Origin: Podarcis erhardii | Taxonomy: Eukaryota | Assembly: GCA_964252035.1 (NCBI GenBank) | Contig: OZ176212.1 | DNA: 64,000 nt | Strand: one strand, 5' to 3' | In this document: in pieces, positions 1-12,846 of the stretch | Numbering within the stretch: the stretch's first letter is position 1 | Layout: every line of letters begins with the position of its first letter | Translations under genes and position numbers: made by a program | The notes under the pieces: generated by a model | What the model was told of the DNA's origin: nothing | Databases searched by the model: none | The model's input: the letters and a program-made list of their open reading frames with translations, nothing else

Positions 1-584
1 CAGCCTTCCTCCTCCTCCTCTTGGAAAACCCACGGTCCTGGTTCCTTAACCCACGGCACCAACCTCTCAGACCTACACGCCTCTCCCCTCTTGCCTGTCT
101 CACCCAGATGGCTAGAAGTGTCAGTTTCCCCCTGGTTCCAAGCTCCCAAAATACTAACCCACGATCCCAAAAGGCATCCATCCTTCTGAGGCCACCTTGC
201 ACCAAAACTTTTAATTGGGATTGAAAGCCTTCTCGGCTGCCTTCTCTATTTCTCTCTCTCCCCACCCGCAAAAGAGAACCAGAGTTCTTGCGTGAACTGT
301 GCTGGGCTTTGTTAATGGAATTCCCGGAGCTCCTTGTGAAAGTGCACTCTGGGAAAGGGAGAGCCGTGATGGTTTAAACAGCTTTCGTATTGATTGTGAT
401 GCAAGTCAGCCCTCCTTAAAAGCTCAGGGAAGGGCGGACTTGATGGGCTTGCTGTAAGGTGAATGAATAATGGAGAGGGATCGAGAGCTACAGTCGAAAG
501 CCCATTACACGTTCATTAGGAAGAGATGAGGTATCGGGGTCCTCCTGCGCAGGTTAGTCCGAAGGGTCTGGTGGTGGCCGGCGG

Positions 585-824
585 TAGGGCTAGGCGATAC
601 CTGGTTTTCAATGCCGCAATATATCACTTTGCAAGATATATCACAATGTCTGAAATAAGGGTGGAACTATGTAGATACATTGGCTGGCCTCACGGTTTTC
701 CCCAGCATTGTGATTTTTGCATAGCATGTGCACACGCACATCATGATTTGCAAAATATTGCCAAGTCACAAATTATGAAACTGATTGCACGATACGGACT
801 TCAAACCGGTATCACCCAGCCCTA
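585..824. mobile_element. hAT-like non-autonomous DNA transposon (MITE) in TAOK2 last intron
   Basis: Terminal inverted repeats TAGGGCTAGGCGATACC (585) and GGTATCACCCAGCCCTA (ends 824); no coding capacity; no clean 8-bp TSD. Confidence 0.6.
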
Positions 825-1518
825 GCCATAAGGCTCCTCAGCAAGGATGAGGATTCTGCAGCCCTACAGATGCTTTTTGAATCTCAACAACTACAGCCAG
901 CATGCACAGTGGCCAGGAAGGGTCAGAGTCAAGCAGTGTCTGATTTCCTCACCCCTAGTTTTGAGACCGGTTTGTCCCATCCTGGGTTAACACCCTCTTC
1001 CTCCTTAACCAAAGCTAGGTGTCCCTGCTGTTGCTTCAGTAGCCATTTTCTATAGCTAACTGGGAAGTCCAACCCCACTGTCACAATAGCAATATTTATA
1101 CAACATATTTTTTTAAAAAGAAAGAAAGCTGTGTTCCCATTATTATACGACCTACCTCCCAGTTACTCCTGACCACAGTCTTTGCAGCCTTAGAGGACTG
1201 GCCAGGAAGTTGATCTTATACGCGCTTACTGGAGAGCAAGCTCCATTGAGCTCACTGGGGTCTACTTCTGTTGCAGCAGGCGTCGGATCGCATTCTGAGC
1301 ATTTGCTCAGAGAGCTCTTCTTGGCAGCTGCCATGCTAACAGCATGGCGGAGTCTTATAAAAAGAACTTGCCAAAATGCTTGCTCTGTGGTTTTAAGCTG
1401 CTAGCATGGAAGCCATAGTCCAGCAACAACCTGCATGGCCGCCGGCTCCCCATCTCCCTTCTAAACTCAGTCTCTCTGTGTGTGTTTATTTAATTTTTTT
1501 GCCTTTGTCACCCTCTAG

Positions 1519-2028
1519 ATCGAGGAGGAGATGTTGGCCTTGCAGAATGAGCGATCTGACCGCATCCGGAGCCTCTTGGAGCGCCAAGCCCGGGAGATTG
1601 AGGCCTTCGACTCGGAGAGCATGCGCCTGGGCTTCAGCAACATGGCGCTCACAGGCATTCCAGCTGAAGCCTTCAACCAAGGCTACACTGCCCCCCCTCA
1701 ACCCTGGCCCTCCCGCCCCGTCCCCCGCAGCGGCTCCCACTGGAGCCACGGTGTCCAGAACACAGCCGGGGCCCCCCACGCATGGCGGCAGCCCCCCATG
1801 CTTGCCCCGCCCCCTTCAGCTTGGCTCCACCCTCCTTCCTCCTCCCCTTCCTCCTCCTCCTCCTCCACGTCATCCGCCCCTGGGGGCCGCTCCAATGTGG
1901 TCATGCTGAGGAACAGCCCCCAGCCGCTGCGGCGCACAGCTTCTGGAGGCCAGTCGGACCAGGGCATCAGCCGCTCGGCCAGCGTCACCTCCCACATCCT
2001 CAACGGGTCGCACTTCTCCTACTCGTGA
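1519..2028 (+). CDS. TAOK2: TAO kinase 2, last coding exon of the beta-type C-terminus (gene starts before the window)
   Basis: Acceptor ccctctag|ATC at 1518/1519. Translation [40 protein letters not shown]...[16 protein letters not shown]...[15 protein letters not shown]...[15 protein letters not shown] matches the TAOK2 beta C-terminus. Confidence 0.95.
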   Translation: MEEEMLALQNERSDRIRSLLERQAREIEAFDSESMRLGFSNMALTGIPAEAFNQGYTAPPQPWPSRPVPRSGSHWSHGVQNTAGAPHAWRQPPMLAPPPSAWLHPPSSSPSSSSSSTSSAPGGRSNVVMLRNSPQPLRRTASGGQSDQGISRSASVTSHILNGSHFSYS

Positions 2029-5000
2029 GGCGATGGGGAGAGAACAGGGAAACTTTGCTGGAGGGAGACGGGGGAATTGGCTGGTGGAAAGGGGGAGGGG
2101 AGGAGGAGGAGGCAGGGGGGCGGCACGTTTGCCGGGACTCAGCAAGCTAGAACTGGGAGAAACCGAACTGCAGTGTGAAGGCTCCTCAGTCGTCATCTGT
2201 GGCCTTTGACTTGCCACCCACCTTGCAAGCACAGAGACACAGAAGATTGGACTGTGCGGCGGAAGGTTGCACTCATGCCCTCTGGAGCATGGCTGGGGCC
2301 TCCTCCTCAGATTGTGGTTTCCTATCCCCCGCCAAATGGATGGAGACACCGAAGCTTGTGAACGTGACGTTGGCAATTGGTTTTTTGCGTCCCTGATGGT
2401 TGTCAGCCGCTTCCCCCAGCGTTGCCACAATCTGTAGATGGAGAGAGGCAGAGAGCGGTGCCCCAGCAGTGGAGGCTAAATTGTGTCTTCAGGATGTGGC
2501 TGAATATTCCCAGGATGAGGGGTGGGTGGGGACAAAGGCCCCCCACATCGCAGCAAATCCAGAATTCTTGATTGTGCATCCATAGCTTGCCCCACGCGCT
2601 GCAATCAGAGCTGATGCGCTCGGGAGAGCCTGTTCTGTGTCTCCTGCATCATGGTTCCTTTCAATCAGTTCAGGCAGTGAGAGAGAGAGAGAGAAATTAA
2701 ATTAACGGGCGTGGATTTTGGGAGAACCCTGGATTGCCATTGGCGGCCGATCGGTGCATGCATAGAATTTCCAGATTGACAGTGAAAGAACTTTGCCTCC
2801 TTCCTGAGGCCTGGACAGTGGCTTCTGATCCTGCCCGAATTCACAGGCGACCATTACCGAAATCCGTTGTTTCTGGACCGTTCTCAGCTCCCGGAACCTT
2901 CCTTACCTCACCACAGTCTGTGGCTGGAGAAGGAATTGTAAATTGCAAGCTGCTCTGGGCTCTTTATCTGCATCGGCCCATTTCTCACAGAGGCGGCCTC
3001 CTCCAGCTCCTCCTGTCACGGCGCCAGGCTGGTCCCACGGGATGGAGCGGGGATTGAGGTTCCGGAACCAGGCCTCGCGTTCCTGTCATGAACCAGAATG
3101 TAGATTTTAAACGGTGCCCTCTACATACCCACCCCATATGTCTGTTTTGAGACACGGATTTTAGCCCATGCCAGCCCAGGGATGTGTTTTTGTGTTAATA
3201 CTCACCACCTTACCCACATGGATTACGTCTCTTTCCCCCCTCTGAGGGAAAGACCGCCCAACCACTCTTGCCACCCAGAGGGACTCTGAATGGCAGGCCT
3301 CCCTCTGCCACCCGGTCCTGAGCATTAAATTTAGTTTCCTGGCCCAGCCAAAACCTCTGGAAGGTCAGGCTCCCTCCCTGGCCGAGGGCATCGGAGGGTC
3401 ACTTGCTTCCGTTGCACCCGGTTGCTCCCTTAAGCCGCCACCTCCTCCCAGAAACCACCGTGCCCCCCTACAAATTTGTCTCCTGTCATTCCCGTTGTCC
3501 TCTAGCCACTTCTCAGCATCGCTCCCATGCACCCCACCTGCCCAGTTTAGACTCGCCAGATCTGCAGCCCTGAGTTCGTATTTGCATGCTGGAGATCGGC
3601 TGCAGAATCTGAGCGCCCAGCAGAATGAAGGACACCTGTCGGTTCAGAAGCCACCTTCAACCCATCTCCTTCCTATACATTCTCCCCACCCCCAGAACCG
3701 TTCCTACCCCCTGGAAAAACTTATTTGGTTACATAATACCCAGTATGAACAAACCCCAAGGCCGGCTACTCAGGGTTTGGGATCAGGGTCAGCCTGTCAG
3801 AATCGGCAAACTATATATCTGTGGCCAGTTGCCCTCCTCGCCTCCTCCTGTACTTAAGAACCAAACCTCTGGTGGAAAATGGGCCCCTAGTTCCTCTAGA
3901 GCTATAATTTATCTGAGTCAGACCCACATATCCCACCAGTAAATAGAGAAGACTTCCTGAATCCGCCGGGGTGGTTTGCCCAGCTAAGAGGGAGGGGAGT
4001 TTTGCAAGTGGGTGTTTCAACTCTGGCCAGCTAAAGGAGAACCTTTAGCATGTTCAAAGCTCTTCTGAGTTGGGAGCCCAATTGGGAGGGGCGGCATCGT
4101 GTTGAAATCCTGTATGATCACTCTTGTGCAAAGTCAGCTTTCAGAGGTTGGTCTTCCCCTTTTCGTTTTGTTCTGAACCATCGCTCAAAGTTTTCACCAT
4201 GTAGGGAGGAATGCTAGATTCTTGGCCACAGCAGGTGAAGAGCTGTGATCAAACTGTACCATTTGAACCCATATTTTAAAAAATACCCCTGCTGCTTACG
4301 TGAGAATTGGAAGCTGGGAAGATGATCTCTAGGGTAGCCTCCTCCTGGCACACTGGCTTTGTTAAATGCATAGCTGTTTCTTGTTTCCCATTTGGGAGCA
4401 TTTGGCCATGTTGGCTCTCTGAAGTGGGACACTGTAGGAAGTTCTACCAGCTGTTTGTGTGAATTAAGCCCAAGGATCAGCCAGCAGTGTTGGTATTATG
4501 GTACATTGACTGTCCAAAAGGAGCCACATAAACCCCTTTTTTCAGGAAGATTGGGGAAATCCAAGCTTTCTTCTTTTGAAACGTGAAACAAAACTTCCAC
4601 ATCTCACAAATCCCTCCTAGAGACCAGGGGAAACTTTTTTTTAATCTCATAGGTAGAGCACGCAGCTCTGGAAACCATTTCTCACTAGTGATGGAAGAAA
4701 AGTCCGAAGGGGGGGGGTGGAAGCGAAGGAGAGCCTCATGTTCCAGGAAAGCAGAAATGGGTTACAGAATTATCACAAGTAGTAAAACGAGCCAGGGAAG
4801 ATCTGGAAGTAGAAATTTTCCATCTGTTGGCGGGAAATGTGGTGTAGTCCTTCTTTATCTGTGGAAGACATTGTAGTTTCTTAGATTCCCGCCTCCCACC
4901 CTCATATTTGGGCCAGGAACTGAATCATTTTTTTCTATTGTAAGCAGCTGAAGTAAGACTTGTCCTTTACAACACACAAACCTATTAAAATCCCCCTCCT

Positions 5001-5580
5001 TCCTGACCAAACGCTGCTGCCCACTCCTGTCCCCCACCCACCCAACCCCAAGGGCACTGGTTTGGCTACAACCATAAAATTATCCTATCTAAACTTCTCA
5101 GACTTCTCCCAGAACCCTCTTCAAGTTCCTCAAGCTAATTTTGTGATTGAACAAGGCCACTGTTTTAAACCAGAGGGGTTGGGGGTGGGTGGGAGGGGAG
5201 AACTGAATGGGATCTTTTGTTACTTCAAGGTGTTCAGTTAGTGATTTCTGCCTGCCTGGGATTGGGAAATGGGGTTTTGGGTGGGCTGGAGGGGCTTGAT
5301 GTATTATAATAATTAATCCTTTTGCTTTAAAAAAATATTTCTGTTTTTTGGTGCCATAACTTTCCCCATGTACAGTTTACCTCTTCCAGTCTTTTTCTTT
5401 TCTCTTTTTGCGCTTTCCTCCCCTCCCCCTCCCCAGTTTTTTTCCTGTCTCCCTCTGTGTGGGTGATTAAAAACTAATGTGAGTGTGTGTATGTATGTGT
5501 GTATGTCTTTTTTTATATATGAAGAAAAAATGTTGGCGGGGGGGAACTTAGACATATGTGTCCTATGGAATGTATTAGAA

Positions 5581-5742
5581 AATAAAACACTTTTTAAAAA
5601 CAAACAGGAACGGGGTGGGTGATCTTGAATCTTACTTGGGAGAGCAAAAACTGGAAAGAGAACACAAAGATGGAACTGGTTGCTCTCTAGAGGGCTACCA
5701 GTAGGAGAGATTTTGGGGTGGGGTGAGAAATCTTTTAATAAA
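5581..5742 (+). terminator. Candidate TAOK2 polyadenylation signals
   Basis: AATAAA at 5581-5586 and 5737-5742, the second followed by an A-run and a T/G-rich tract; I saw no earlier AATAAA after the stop at 2028. Confidence 0.55.
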
Positions 5743-6099
5743 AATGTTGACTATTAAAAAAAAAAGTATTCTGTCTCTTTGGGGTTTTGAGAGGGAATGG
5801 GGTCAAGGCATCAAGATATTATCCAACCCAGGTTCCCATGGGACAAGATCCTAAAGGTTTTTTTTTAATGTCTGGATAACTGATTAATACGTCAGTTGCC
5901 CCCATTTTATACACATACAGGGAGGTTAAAGGATTCTGACTACTTTCAAGTCATGTTTACGTGTGGGGTGGAGTTCCTGAAACATATTAACGTCATTATT
6001 GTATACACAATCATGAGTGTAGTGGTCATTCAGTTGAATTAATCTGGAATAATGGGTACTTTTGTCTATATGTATCCTACCATGTGGAATTCACAAGAC

Positions 6100-6580
6100 T
6101 CTTGGTCAACCTCCTCTGCACACGTTCCAATTTGTCAATATCCTTAAATTGTGGTGCCCAGAACTGAACACAGATGTGGTCTGACCAAAGCAGAATAGAG
6201 TGCGGGGACGACTTCTCTTGGTCAGAACAGTATCCTCCTGTTGATGCAGCCTAGGATAACATTAGCTTTTATTCCTGCAGTATCAGGCTGTTGACACATG
6301 TTGAGCAGTCTACTAAGGCACTTAAATACTTTTCACATGTACTACTGGCAAGTCCTTCATTTTATATTTTTTTGCAGCTGGTTGTTCTTGCCCAAGTGTA
6401 GAACCTGACATTTGTCCCTATTGAAATCAATTTTGTTAGTTTTTTATGGTCATCCTGATTCCTGATTTTGCCTTCAGTGACATGGCTACCTGTCCCAGTT
6501 TGGTATCATCGGCAGATTTGATTAGCATCCTCTCAATACCTTCATCCAAGTTATTTATAAAGATGTTGAACAACATTTAC
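6100..6580 (-). mobile_element. CR1 LINE fragment (RT region)
   Basis: Typical antisense CR1 ORF2 sequence: ctcctctgcacacgttccaatttgtcaatatcc...ttgtggtgcccagaactgaacacag...tcatccaagttatttataaagatgttgaac. Confidence 0.8.
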
Positions 6581-7404
6581 GGTGCTTGAGTTCCCTAAAT
6601 CTATATCCCTTCCTTCTCACACTTGGGGAAAAAATATATTCTTGGGCTCAGAAGCAAGTTGAATTCAAGTGACTACTAGCCATATCTAAATATATATGTG
6701 TGTGTGTGTATTCACTTATCTGATAATAACAGAAGGATGCATTTCCTTCTAGAAGTCCCTCTTTCCCCTACTCACAAGCCTGCCGTTGTATATGTGCTCC
6801 ATCTCAGCCTCTGCAGGTCTGCCCTGTTCTGCCTCTGAAACATTCAACCCTCTTACATTACAAGGAATTCCATTGCCTAGCAACTGGGCTCTGGAAGCAT
6901 TCCCATGGCAACTGCATCCCTGGCAGTTGGCTACCAATTGAAGGAGCATCTTGGTTGCATCCTACCCCCACAGGACTGGGCTTGAAAGGGAAGGAAGGGG
7001 CTGATGGTTTGTATCTCAACAGAGCTCAAGGGCCTTTTCTGCATTGAAAATGGAAGGTGTGAAGGTGAAGGCCCCTGAATAGGAAGGGCATTTGCCACTA
7101 AGCCACATTGTGTTCCCAGTTGCTCAATTTCCAGGCCACCACCTTCGTACTCAGTGAGAGAGTCCTGTCCATTAAGTGTGGGCTACAGAGGCATTGATAG
7201 AGGGTGCCTCCCAAATTTTTTTCCCCCTTTTCCTTCTTTTTTTAAAAAACTTTGTTTACAGGGCAGCTGGGAATGCTGTAAAATACAGTGTTGGTAAAAC
7301 CCCAGGAACTTATCCTCTTATTAATTCGTTCAGAGGCAGTACTTTGTGGTAGCATATGCGAATTTGTGTCATTGGGATATAGCTACCTGGCTGAGCATAC
7401 GAGG

Positions 7405-7545
7405 TCGCGGGTTCAATACGTCGCAAATCCAGGTAGGACTTGCAGAAGTTACGCCCTGCCTGAAACCCTGCAAGCCATGCTGCCAGTCAGTGTAAACAGT
7501 ACTGGACTAAATAAACCTGACTCACAAGAGCAGCTTCCTAAGCCA
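7405..7545 (+). mobile_element. Degraded Squam2-like SINE
   Basis: ggttcaat B-box remnant, then cctgcctgaaaccctgcaagccatgctgccagtcagtgtaaac, the body shared with the copy at 40400. Confidence 0.6.
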
Positions 7546-8884
7546 CCTAGCAAACACCCTTAGTACATCAAACTCCCACTTAATATTGGGCACAGTGGAA
7601 TCAGCTGACAAAACCCAGCACTTTAGAATTACTTTATCTGTGTAGGTATGTGGAATGGAAGGGAGTGCTGTCTACCTTTCCCAGGTAAAGCAGTGCACTC
7701 GTTGGTGCCCTGCCCTTTCTCCTGCTTACCATACAGTCCTGGCTCAGGATTAGTTGCAGGCTACATGGTTTCCGGAAGTGCACTAGGGGCTACATCAAGT
7801 TTGTGATTGCCCCTGAGAGTGCCTCCTCCCATCAGTCAGTCCCTCTTCCCCGGTTTCTGCATTTTTAGTCGTGGACACATGCACACACAAAGCAAGCAGA
7901 AAAGTAGCAGTACTCTGCTCATATCACATTTGCAAGCAAGGGGGGCGGGGAGTAAAGAGGTATGTGGACTTACATCTTAATTCACAGCACTAGTCATAAA
8001 CAAGAGAGAAGCTTGTGGTTGCTGCTTTAAGAGCAAAAATTGCCCTCAGGGAAGGCAGAAGTCTATAACTTCTTTCTGTAACTCTGCTTTCTCCCGATAC
8101 AATAGTCTGCACCTGCTGGTTAAAGGAAGGGCAAATCTTGTGTTTTCCCAAGGAGCTCTGCGTTGCCTGCAAAATTTCAGTGATGGGTATTTTTTGAGTC
8201 CTGAAGCTGAGAAGGTTTAGGCCTGGTCATAGGTGACCACCCTTATGCCACCTTGTGTTCCGTGATGGGATACAAATTAAGAAAATAATATTAAGAAACA
8301 AAAGCAACAACAAATTGCTTCAGAGACAGGTCCAGAAGCTGCACTTATTGCAAATATGAACCTATGCTAACTTACTTTTTTACGGGGACACCAGAAATGA
8401 AGACTTATGATCTTTCTCCCCAATATATTTAAAGTTTTTTTTATCCCATCCTTTGATAATTAAAAAAGAATCTAAGACAGTGTATGTTCTAAAATGTCAA
8501 TCTAAAATACATGATAGGTAAACGACAAATTGTGTCCTCAACCAGCCGTAGATGGGAACAGTTTAGAGTGGCTGGATCTCTCACGGTTGTGGCTGGCATC
8601 CATCCATCTCAAAAGACAATGGAGTGCACTTGCAGGGGTGAATTTCTCAAAGCCATTTCAAAAGCCATGAAGTGCCTGAAGAAACAAGCTAATCTTTACC
8701 TGGTGTTTAAAAATTAAATTTTTAAGCAAGCAGAAAAGCGGGGATTTACATCATTGAAATGTCTCTAGTCAGAAAGCCCCCATTGCTGGTAAGATGAAAG
8801 TCCTCAGCCTTGGGCCTCCTTAAATGATCTCAGTCACTGGAGAGATTCATGTGAGAATAAATGGCAAGCAATGGGCTCATCTTT

Positions 8885-9103
8885 TTATTTAGTTCATTGC
8901 ATTTATATCTTACTTTCTTCTCCAAAGAACTCAAGGTAGTGTACATGGTTCCCCCTGACCCCATTTAATCTCCACAACCACCTTGTAAGGCAAGTTAGGC
9001 TGAGAGGCAGCGGTTGGCCCAAAGTTACCCAGTGACCTTCATGGCTGAGTGAAGATTTGAACCCAGGTCCTAATCCAACCCTCTAACCACTAACACTGTG
9101 CTG
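8885..9103 (-). mobile_element. Squam3 / Ther1(MIR)-like SINE
   Basis: Antisense core ttaggctgagaggcagcggttggcccaaagttacccagtgaccttcatggctgag...tttgaacccagg with tRNA-like head. Confidence 0.75.
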
Positions 9104-9408
9104 ATCTTCCCATAGTATTAACAATGCATGTTGTGGATACATGTCTCAAGTTCAAAATCATGTGTTCCAGCAATTCAGTGAAGGATAAAAGATATTGTAG
9201 CTCAGAATCATCATCTTCAGGCCCGGTAGAGAGAAACAACAATAGCTCCGGTTCGTGCTCTGGATAGAAAAGTCAAGCCTCATGGCCCAACAACTGCTTC
9301 TGAAATGGATTCTTTCAGCCGCTGTTTGCTCCTACTTCTTTTTATCGCCAATTACACATTCCTTTCTCTACCCAGTGTCCACCTTTCTCTCTCTTTCTTA
9401 GATCCAAA

Positions 9409-12400
9409 ATGGAAGAGAGCTGTCGCACCCCCAGGAACAGCCCTCCTCAGGACGATAAAGCTGCCCCAACTGGCTTTGCACCCAGAATATCGGAAGCCAT
9501 GGCTGAGTACTTGGTGAACACTGTGGCCGGCACTGCCAAAATGGTCCAGGCTTCTGTGGAAGCGCAAAAGTCTGCTCAGGTACCTGAGCCCAGGCTCTAG
9601 GAATGACCAGTATTAGAGAGACTGAATGAGAGAAATAATTCTCTTGCTCAAAACTCCCAATATCATTTCTCAGCCTTTGCACACAGAGAGTACACTGGGA
9701 GTTCGGCTAAAGCAGGCTTCCTCAGACTTGTCCCTCCAGATGTTTTGAGACTCCAGATGTTTCCCACCATCCCTGGCCACTGGTCCTGCTAGCTAGGGAT
9801 CATGGGAGTTGTAGGCCAAAAACATCTGGAGGGCCACGTTTGAGGAAGCCTGGCTGAAGGATAGTTTCTAGCCCAGGACACCCAACCTTGGGCTGAGGGG
9901 TGATTTGAACCCTGAACCCACACACACATATTCTAACACTGGCTCCATCCAATGCCCTGATCACTTAACAAACTTAAGGGTTCATTGGGGAAAGTAATGT
10001 GCTTTAAATGTAAGGTGTGTGTACACAGCCACTGTGACAGGTGTGTAACAACCAGCCTTTAGCACTTTTGCTGCCAGTGTCAAAGGAGGGGGGCTTTTAC
10101 ACTGTGTCACCCATTTTGTGGAAGGAGATCAGCAAGCACCCAACAATAGGGTGCTTTCACAGACTGTTAAACACGTTTCCTTTTTCTTTCTTTTTTTATA
10201 ACATTTTTATTCATTTTCAACAACAATTTTATACAATCCATTCACATTTTATCACACATTCATCTATTTTTTTGACTTCCCTCAGTTTCTCTGCCAATCT
10301 TTCGTTTTAAATTTATATTATTTAACGCATTTCTAAGCTTAATATTGCCTTTAAAAATCACCTCTCCCTTCTTACTCTTTATTACAATATTTCTTAATTT
10401 TTCACAGAGTCTCTTGAAAACCAACAAGCGTTATCTGTTCATCACATATGCTTTTCAGGTAGTCTGTAAATCTCCCCCAGTCCTCGATGAACTTCTGGTC
10501 TCGCTGGTATTGAATCTTCCCTGTTAGTTTATCCAATTCTGAGTATTCAGTCAATTTCGTTCTCCATTCTTCCACCGTTGGAATTTCTTCCTGTTTCCAT
10601 CTTTGGGCCAGAAGTATTCTCGCTGCTGTTACTGCGTATTGGAAAAGTTTACAGTCTTTCTTATTTATTTCATTACCTACCAAGCCTAGTAGGAAGGCCT
10701 CCGGTTTCTTAACAAACGTATATTTCAACATCTTTTTCAATTCATTATATATAATTTCCCAGAAGCCTTTCACCTTTTTACTCTCCCGCCACATATGATA
10801 GAATGTTCCTTCTTTTTCTTTACATTTCCAACACTTATTACATGTTTTATACATTTTAGCCAGTTTTACTGGCGTTATATACCATCTGTATACCATTTTC
10901 ATTATATTTTCCTTCAATGTAGTACAGGCCGTAAATTTTATGACGTTTCCTTTTTCTTGGGCATTTCCTGACTGTTTTTGTTGTTGTTCAGGCTTTTGGA
11001 GTTGCTGCAATTATACGAGTATGTTGACGTTTCAGTGGTTATTTTAATGGTTTTTGCGTATTGTGGACTTCTTTGAGATTTGTAAGCTTATAAATGAAAA
11101 GATATTGAAGATTTGTAAATAAATCAGTATGTAAGATTTAAAAATAAATGAATAAAATTGTTGTCATTTATAAAAGACCCATGGCACGGTTAAGAGTGAC
11201 AAAAATGAGCTCTTTTTATAGCAGTTTTATGTAGGAATCTCTTGTATCTGGGGCCTGGCATGGCTTCTAGAGACAATTGTGTGGGGCTCAAAGCCTGCAT
11301 AGCCGTGACTTGTCCCCTTCTGCCTTCTTTCCAGCTCGCTTGTTTCCATGCAGAGCAGTCCCTGGCCCAGGCCCGGGTGAGCTACATGGCAGCCCGGGGG
11401 TTGGCCGAGCGACTTTTGGGGTTCCTGAACCCCCCTGACTACCAAGGGCTCTTCCAGCTCCTGACAGAGCCCCCGCTACCCTATTCTGAATTCTGCACCA
11501 TCATCCGACGTACAGAAAATGGTTAGTATCAATATCCCTGGTGCTGGGAATTTGTTTTCTGCCTGGACACCCATCGTCTCTGTCGCTGTCCATCTGGATC
11601 CTGCCTACTCCCTCAGTAGCCCTGCCCATTCTTATGGGGGTCACACCCACTGACCCCCATATGTTCACCTACTTCAGGGTCTGCGTGAAGCTAAGAATTC
11701 AGTGGGTGGGGCCTCCATAAGAATGGGCGGGGCTACTGAGAGAGAGTAGGCCGGGTTCAGATGACGTGTGGCACGGTGAATGGAGCAACAGAGCCTTTTT
11801 GTGGGTGGCCCCTCAACTGTGGCATATACAGTGGTACCTCGGTTTAAGAACAGTCCTGTTTTTGAATGATTCGGTTTACGAACTCTTGAAAACCGGAAGT
11901 AGTGTCCTGGTTTGAGAACTTTACCTCAGTCTGAGAATGGAATCCGAACGGTGGAAGGGCACTGGCGGCGGGAGGCCTCATTAGGGAAAGCGCGCCTCAG
12001 TTTAAGAACGGATTTCCAGAACGGATTAAGTTTGTAAACCAAGGTACCACTGTACTCCCCCGAGGAGGCCTGCCTGGAGCTCTTGCTGCTAGAATTATTA
12101 TCGCTCACCATATTTCTGCACTTCACCATGCTATTCCAAGGCAGGTTACAAGAGCTTTAGAAGTACAATATTAAAATGTTAAAATTAATTACAGTCAATC
12201 GAATATGGTGGGCCCTACCATTTAGGGCCTAGAAGAAGTCTTATTTCTGTTTTCCCAGGTTTCTTTTTAAAGAGCTGCTAATGTTACCATTTTTAATTTA
12301 GCACAGTTCAGTTTTTACTCTCTCCTTCAATGGACTGCTGCTGTTTTAGTTTGCTGTAATAACTTGTGGGCAATATTAATAATAATAATAAATTGCTATC

Positions 12401-12802
12401 TTTATTTATTTTCTTACTTTTGCTTCTTACTGCCTTGCCAGCAGCTCTGCACATGTAAATTTGTGTTGAAGGTGCAGGATATATAAATCATTAAAGAAAG
12501 GCACCCCACTGTTTCCTCCTGCCTTGCAGCACTCCTGCACCCTGTTCTGAAGTGCAAGCCAGGATTCCCAGCCAGACGAGAACCCAGCCCAGGCTCTGAA
12601 TTCACCTGTCCGTGAGTGACCCTGTGGGAGGGCCTTGTGGGGCAAACCCATCATTTTAACGTTGGGGAGAGCATGGTGCTGGTAACGCCAAGGTGGCAGG
12701 TTCATTCCCCGTATGGGATGGCTGAATATTCCCATATTGCAGGGGCAGGGGGTTGGACTAGATGATGATCCTCAGGGTCTTTTCCAACTCTATAATTCCA
12801 CA

Positions 12803-12846
<44 letters not shown>

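Noticed and set aside
1406-2430. Alternative-frame and antisense ORFs over the TAOK2 last exon
   Set aside because: Shadow ORFs of a GC-rich coding exon; the same applies to 54456-55078 (MAZ) and 34803-35384 (PRRT2).
6749-6949. Minus-strand ORF ending at a strong donor (ctt|GTGAGT, 6776), checked as a HIRIP3 exon
   Set aside because: No HIRIP3 similarity, an in-frame stop follows the best acceptor, and no phase-compatible partner exons were found.
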